DNA from: Squalus acanthias
Lineage: Eukaryota
Direction of reading: 5' to 3'
Length of the DNA: 64,000 bases
Assembly: GCA_030390025.1 (NCBI GenBank)
Contig: CM059432.1
Location: 50,098,001 to 50,162,000 of the forward strand
The translations under genes and the position numbers were made by a program. The notes beneath the pieces were generated by a model. It saw only the letters and a program-made list of their open reading frames with translations, had not been told where the DNA came from and ran no database searches. Of this stretch, positions 59,193 through 64,000 are shown piece after piece. The stretch's first letter is position 1, and each line of letters starts with the position of its first letter.

Positions 59193-59439
59193 TAGTAAAG
59201 AGCGGAGAGCATATGGCAGCGCCCGTACTAGGATAGTCACATCAGCTGCAAAAGCCCCCACTGATGCAGTCCTAAGTACTGCCCAAGTCTGGTCACACCG
59301 TTTCTGTATTTGCAGATAAAGTGCTGGTGTGCCAGCAGAGATTTTCAGATCAGCATGTTGCACAACATCCAAGAACAGCTTAAAAAGAAAAAAATCTTCT
59401 AATCTCTCTTTTAATACTTTTGGGAACAATTTCAAATTT

Positions 59440-59760
59440 ATGCTCTCTAGTTACTGACTCACTGACCAGTGGCAATATTTTTCCTGATTTATCTTATCAT
59501 AATTTTGACCACCTCTATCAGATATTCTCTTAACTTTATCTCTTGTAATGAAAAGACACCCATTTTCTCTAGTCTCTCCTAATATGGAAGCATTTTATCC
59601 CAGGTATCATCGTAGTGAAATTTTTCAGTGGCCTAACCAATGATTTGAATAGATTTGCAATTACCTCTTAACCTTTGATCTTGGTGCCCCTATTTATAAA
59701 ACATGGGATTCCATATTTGTTCATACAAGCTGTTTTGCATTGACCTTTGAAATAGGTTTT
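59440..59760 (-). mobile_element. Old CR1 3' fragment
   Basis: Diverged match to 2830-3200 (FINRGTK). Confidence 0.6.
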
Positions 59761-60593
59761 ATTTCTAGACAGTTTTTTAACCCTCTGTTCTAATATGTCA
59801 AGTTCATAATTTTCTGACAATTTAAGGACACAACAGCTTCTGCAGTGTGTCTTTAAGACTCCATTTCCACCATTGTTGGCTGACCCTGGCAAGAATGCCT
59901 GTTTTATATGGGTCTTTCTTAAAAGAGCAGAGTTCAGATTGGAAATGACAGCATTTAGGACAGGTGATATTATCCCACTCTAAATCCATCATTTTCATGC
60001 TTGCACAGTTTATAGAGAGGACACTTCTTCCTCCTGTCCTCAATTACAGTAGGATTTGAATTGCATTTTAAATGGGGCAGATACCTGGAAGATCCTGTCT
60101 TGGCCCAAATACCTGACCCCTCCCCCTTGCAGAAAGTGCCACCATTGCACCTTCCCGACCCCAGGAATTTCAGGCCCTTAACCTTTTCAGGCTTCATTTA
60201 AAATGAAGTAGTAACGTCCCTGATGTATTGCAAATTCGGATATAAAGTGCAATGCATATAAATGCTGATTGGAGAACCCATATAAAGCACTCTTCCTTTG
60301 ACCTAGAAATAACTCTTGCAAGCAAAAAATGTGCTGACTCCATTGTTAAGCAAAGTTACTACTTTAATCATGAAGTTTTCCCAGATTCCCATTTTGCTTG
60401 CAGTGCTTCCAGCATGATCCTTTCTTTTACTGGTTACTAAATTTTCTGCAGCCTGTGAGATCCCATAATTATCTGTTAAAATGGAAACCAGACACTTTGC
60501 CTGTATTTAAGGCTGGCCGATCATTGAGCAATATTGGTTGACTAAGCAATGAAGTCTTGCAGGCATCTGTAGCCTTGGTAATGCAGAGATGAC

Positions 60594-61275
60594 GGCCCTG
60601 ATATTTACAGAGAGGTGGGGAGGGAGCAGGGGGAGGAGTTCTGGATGGGAAACATAGAAGTGCGGGTTTCCTGGACATCCTGCAGATATTAACTGCAGCA
60701 CATCTTTTAAATTTTTTTCTGCAGGTTTCCCGCCCGACACCCAGCTTGATTGACAGGCTAGCTGCCTGTCGGGCAGAAAAGCCTGTAGCACAAGGCCATA
60801 GCTGAGGAGCAGAGAGCCTGTAGGGAGGGACAGAGGGATCGCATTCGGTGGGGGGGGGGAGGTTCTCATCATTGAGAAGAGAGGGGGAAAGATCGTGCAG
60901 GAGGGGGGGAAAGATTGCAGGAAGGGGGGGATGAGTGTGGGATGTGGAGGGGGAGATCGGAGGCAGTCATCCATCATGGAGCTGGAAGCAGGTAAGCTGG
61001 TTGTGCCGGGAGGAAACACTCCTGTTGCTCCTATCCCACAATCAGTGCTGTAAATGCACTTACCTTACGGATCTGGCCCTTCTCATTTCCTTTTACCTGA
61101 TGGGTTTCCTGAGACCCAGGAAACTCGCCCGAAATGGGTTAAAAATAAAAAGCTTGGAAAAATGGTGGCACCCAACTTCCTTAAAAGTTTTTACCGACCG
61201 ACCCGCCTCCTGAGAGCGGATTGGTTGCCCGTCCCGCCTCTGTTAAAACTGGAAGTGGGCGGGTTGGAGGCAGGT
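60594..61275. mobile_element. MITE (G-rich-repeat family), one end lost
   Basis: Start ggccctgatatttac and gattgacaggc motif as in 51085-52184. Confidence 0.65.
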
Positions 61276-61279
61276 TATA

Positions 61280-61855
61280 TTACATAGTATTACATCGCAA
61301 TTACAGCACAGAAACAGGCCATTCAGTCCAACAGGTCCATGCTAGTGTTTATGCTGCACACGAGCCTCCTCCCACCCTTCTTCATCTAACCCCATCAACA
61401 CATCCTTTTATTCTTTTCTCTCTCATGTGTTTATCTAGTTTCCCCTTAAATGCATCTATGCTAGCTGCCTCAACTATTCCTTGTGATAGCAAGTTCCACA
61501 TTCGAACCACTCTCTGGATAAAGAACCTTCTCCTTAATTCCCTATTGAATTTATTAATGCCTATCTTATATTTCTGGCCCATAGTTCTGGTCTCCCCACA
61601 AGTGGAAAGATCTTCGCTACATCTACCATATCAAACCCTGTCATAATCTTAAAGACCTCTATCAGGCCACCTCTCAGTCTTCTATTTTTAAGAGAAAAGA
61701 GCCCCAGCATGTTCAATCTTTCCTGATAGATACAACCCTTCAGTTCTGGTATCAACCTAGTAAATCTTTTTTGCACCTTCTCTGCTGCCGCTATATCCTT
61801 TTTATAATATGGAGACCAGAACTGTTCACAGTACTCCAAGTGTAGTCTATCCAAT
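61280..61855 (-). mobile_element. CR1 3' fragment
   Basis: RLHLEYCEQFWSP...RRLRGGLIEVFK...FFIQRVVRMWN. Confidence 0.9.
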
Positions 61856-61918
61856 ATAACAACAGAAAACGCTGGAAAAACTCAGCAGGCCAGGCAGCAT
61901 CCGTGGAGAGAGAAAGAG

Positions 61919-61955
61919 AGTTAACGTTTCAGGTCGATGACCTTTCATCAGAACT
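61919..61955 (-). ncRNA. Minimal type I hammerhead ribozyme
   Basis: Minus strand AGUU-CUGAUGA-a-AGGUC-auc-GACCU-GAAA-CG-UU-AACU: conserved core, stem II, ACGU stem III, stem I AGUU/AACU. Confidence 0.8.
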
Positions 61956-62225
61956 GGGAAGAGCCGGAAATCAAATAGATTTAAGGCCAGGGTAAAGCTG
62001 GGAAAAGGGGGAGGGGATAAAGGAACAAAGGGGGAGATGAAGAGACATTAAGAGATATGCAAGGCTAGAGGTGGTGTTAATGTGACAGATTAAGGCTGAA
62101 TGAAGTGTGAAATCCACTGGCAGAATGAAGGACAGCTGCCAGCTTCTAGGAGGGAAAAAAAAAGGTGGGGGGGGGACAAATAAAAGGGTGGATAAAATAA
62201 AATATAAATGTGATTGGAGCTGAGG

Positions 62226-64000
62226 TTATGATCTAAAATTGTTGAACTCGATATTGAGTCCAGAGGGCTGTAGCATGCCTAAACGAAAGATGAGGTGCTG
62301 TTCCTCGAGCTTACGCTGAGCTTCCGTGGAACAGTGTAATAGGCCGAGGACGGTGAGGTCAGAGTGGGAGTGAAGCGGTGAATTAAAGTGACAGGCCACC
62401 GGGAGCTCGGGGTCCCCCTTACGGACTGAACGGAGGTGTTCCGCAAAGCGGTCACCCAATCTGCGTTTGGTCTCCCCAATGTAGAGGAGTCCACATCGTG
62501 AGCAGCGAATACAGTATACTAAATTGCAGGAAGTACAAGTAAATCGCTGTTTCACCTGGAAGGGGTGTTTGGGGCCCTGGACAGTGGGAAGAGGGGAGGT
62601 ATAAGGGCATGTGTTGCATCTCCTGCGCGTGCACGGGAAGGTGCCGGGCGAAGGGGAAGGGGTGCTGGGGGTGGTAGAGGAGTGGACTAGGGTGTCGCGG
62701 AGGGAACGGTCCCTACGGAATGCTGAAAGGGGAGGTGAGGGGAAGATGTGTTTGGTGGTGGGATCACGCTGGAGGTGGCGGAAATGGCGGAGGATGATCC
62801 GTTGAATGTGGAGGCTGGTGGGGTGAAAGGTGAGGACAAGGGGAACCCTATCGTGGTTCCGGGAGGGAGGGGCAGGGGTGAGGGCAGATGTGCGGGAGAT
62901 GGAACGGACACGGTCGAGGGCCGTGTCGACCACGGTAGAGGGGAATCCTCGGTTGAGGAAAAAGGAAGACATGTCGGAAGCACTGGTATGGAAAGTGGCA
63001 TCATCAGAGCAGATGCGGCGGAGACGGAGAAACTGGGAGAATGGAATAGAGTCCTTACAGGAGGCGGGGTGGGAGGAAGTGTAGTCCAGGTAGCTGTGGG
63101 AGTCGGTGGGCTTGTAGTGAATGTTAGTCAATAACCTATCCCCAGAGATGGAGATGGAGAAGTCGAGGAAGGGAAGGGAAGAGTCGGAGATGGACCATGT
63201 GAAGGTGAGGGAAGGGTGGAAATTGGAAGCATAGTGAATGAAATGTTCTAGTTCAGGGCGAGAGCAGGAGACGGCACCGATACAGTCATCAATGTACCGG
63301 AAAAAGAGGTGAGGGAGGGGACCCGAGTAGGACTGGAACAAAGAGTGTTCCACATATCCCACGAAAAGGCAGGCATAGCTAGGACCCATGCGGGTACCCA
63401 TAGCAACACCTTTAATTTGGAGGAAATGGGTAGAGTCAAAGGAGAAGTTGTTCAATGTGAGAACAAGTTCAGCCAGGCGGAGGAGGGTGGTGGTGGATGG
63501 GGACTGGTTGGGCCTCTGTTCAAGGAAGAAGCGGAGCGCCCTCAGGCCATCCTGGTGGGGAATGGAGGTGTAGAGGGATTGTACGTCCATAGTGAAGAGG
63601 AGACGGTTGGGGCCGGGAAACTGGAAACTGTTAAAATGGCGGAGGGCATCGGAAGAGTCGCGGATGTAGGTGAAAAGAGACTGGACAAGGGGAGAAAAAA
63701 TAGAGTCGAGATAGGAAGAGATAAGTTCCGTGGGGCAAGAACAGGCTGAAATGATGGGTCTACCGGGGCAGTCCTGTTTGTGGATCTTGGGAAGGAGGTA
63801 GAAGCGGGCTGTGCGGGGTTGGGGAACTATGAGGTTGGCGGCCGTGGGGGGAAGATCTCCAGAGGAGATGAGGTCAGTGACAGTCTTGGACACGGTGGCT
63901 TGATGTTCGGTAGTGGGGTCATGGTCCAGGTGGAGGTAGGAGGAGGTGTCAGAGAGTTGGCGTTCAACTTCCGCTAGGTAGAGGTCGGTTCGCCAAACAA
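62226..64000 (-). CDS. Penelope-like reverse transcriptase and GIY-YIG endonuclease (5' partial)
   Basis: LPKIHK, MDVQSLYTSIP, GVAMG, RYIDD, VYCIRCSRCGLLYIGET, GLN; frame stays open past 63893 to the window edge. Confidence 0.95.
   Translation of the reverse strand, partial: VWRTDLYLAEVERQLSDTSSYLHLDHDPTTEHQATVSKTVTDLISSGDLPPTAANLIVPQPRTARFYLLPKIHKQDCPGRPIISACSCPTELISSYLDSIFSPLVQSLFTYIRDSSDALRHFNSFQFPGPNRLLFTMDVQSLYTSIPHQDGLRALRFFLEQRPNQSPSTTTLLRLAELVLTLNNFSFDSTHFLQIKGVAMGTRMGPSYACLFVGYVEHSLFQSYSGPLPHLFFRYIDDCIGAVSCSRPELEHFIHYASNFHPSLTFTWSISDSSLPFLDFSISISGDRLLTNIHYKPTDSHSYLDYTSSHPASCKDSIPFSQFLRLRRICSDDATFHTSASDMSSFFLNRGFPSTVVDTALDRVRSISRTSALTPAPPSRNHDRVPLVLTFHPTSLHIQRIILRHFRHLQRDPTTKHIFPSPPLSAFRRDRSLRDTLVHSSTTPSTPSPSPGTFPCTRRRCNTCPYTSPLPTVQGPKHPFQVKQRFTCTSCNLVYCIRCSRCGLLYIGETKRRLGDRFAEHLRSVRKGDPELPVACHFNSPLHSHSDLTVLGLLHCSTEAQRKLEEQHLIFRLGMLQPSGLNIEFNNFRS

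Larger units (their letters stand above)
61856..64000 (-). mobile_element. Penelope-like element running off the window end
   Basis: RT-GIY-YIG ORF followed by a terminal region with a hammerhead motif. Confidence 0.95.

Noticed and set aside
62611..63977. Plus-strand ORFs overlapping the Penelope ORF
   Set aside because: Antisense shadows of a C-rich coding strand

Overview
This is repeat-saturated vertebrate genomic DNA. The repeat families present (CR1, L2, Deu-type SINEs, Penelope-like and Harbinger elements) suggest a cartilaginous fish; that assignment is an inference. I could not confidently identify a host gene, only a few candidate minus-strand exons. Main contents: (1) one apparently intact full-length CR1 LINE (33642-38099, ORF1 and ORF2) plus many truncated CR1 copies; (2) a Gypsy LTR element split by two CR1 insertions; (3) L2, Tx1-like and Vingi-like fragments; (4) a Penelope-like element with an open RT/GIY-YIG ORF and a minimal hammerhead ribozyme; (5) several decayed two-gene Harbinger transposons and many MITEs with traceable TIRs and target-site duplications (TSDs). 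The most unusual object is a CR1-group LINE (22408-26447, minus strand). It begins with a tRNA-derived Pol III head placed directly upstream of its endonuclease-RT frame, has no room for ORF1 and has almost no T4 runs on its sense strand. A SINE at 9784-10262 is built from this LINE's 5' and 3' ends. Together they are a candidate Pol III-driven LINE/SINE system. All alignments were done by eye, and boundaries of decayed elements are approximate.
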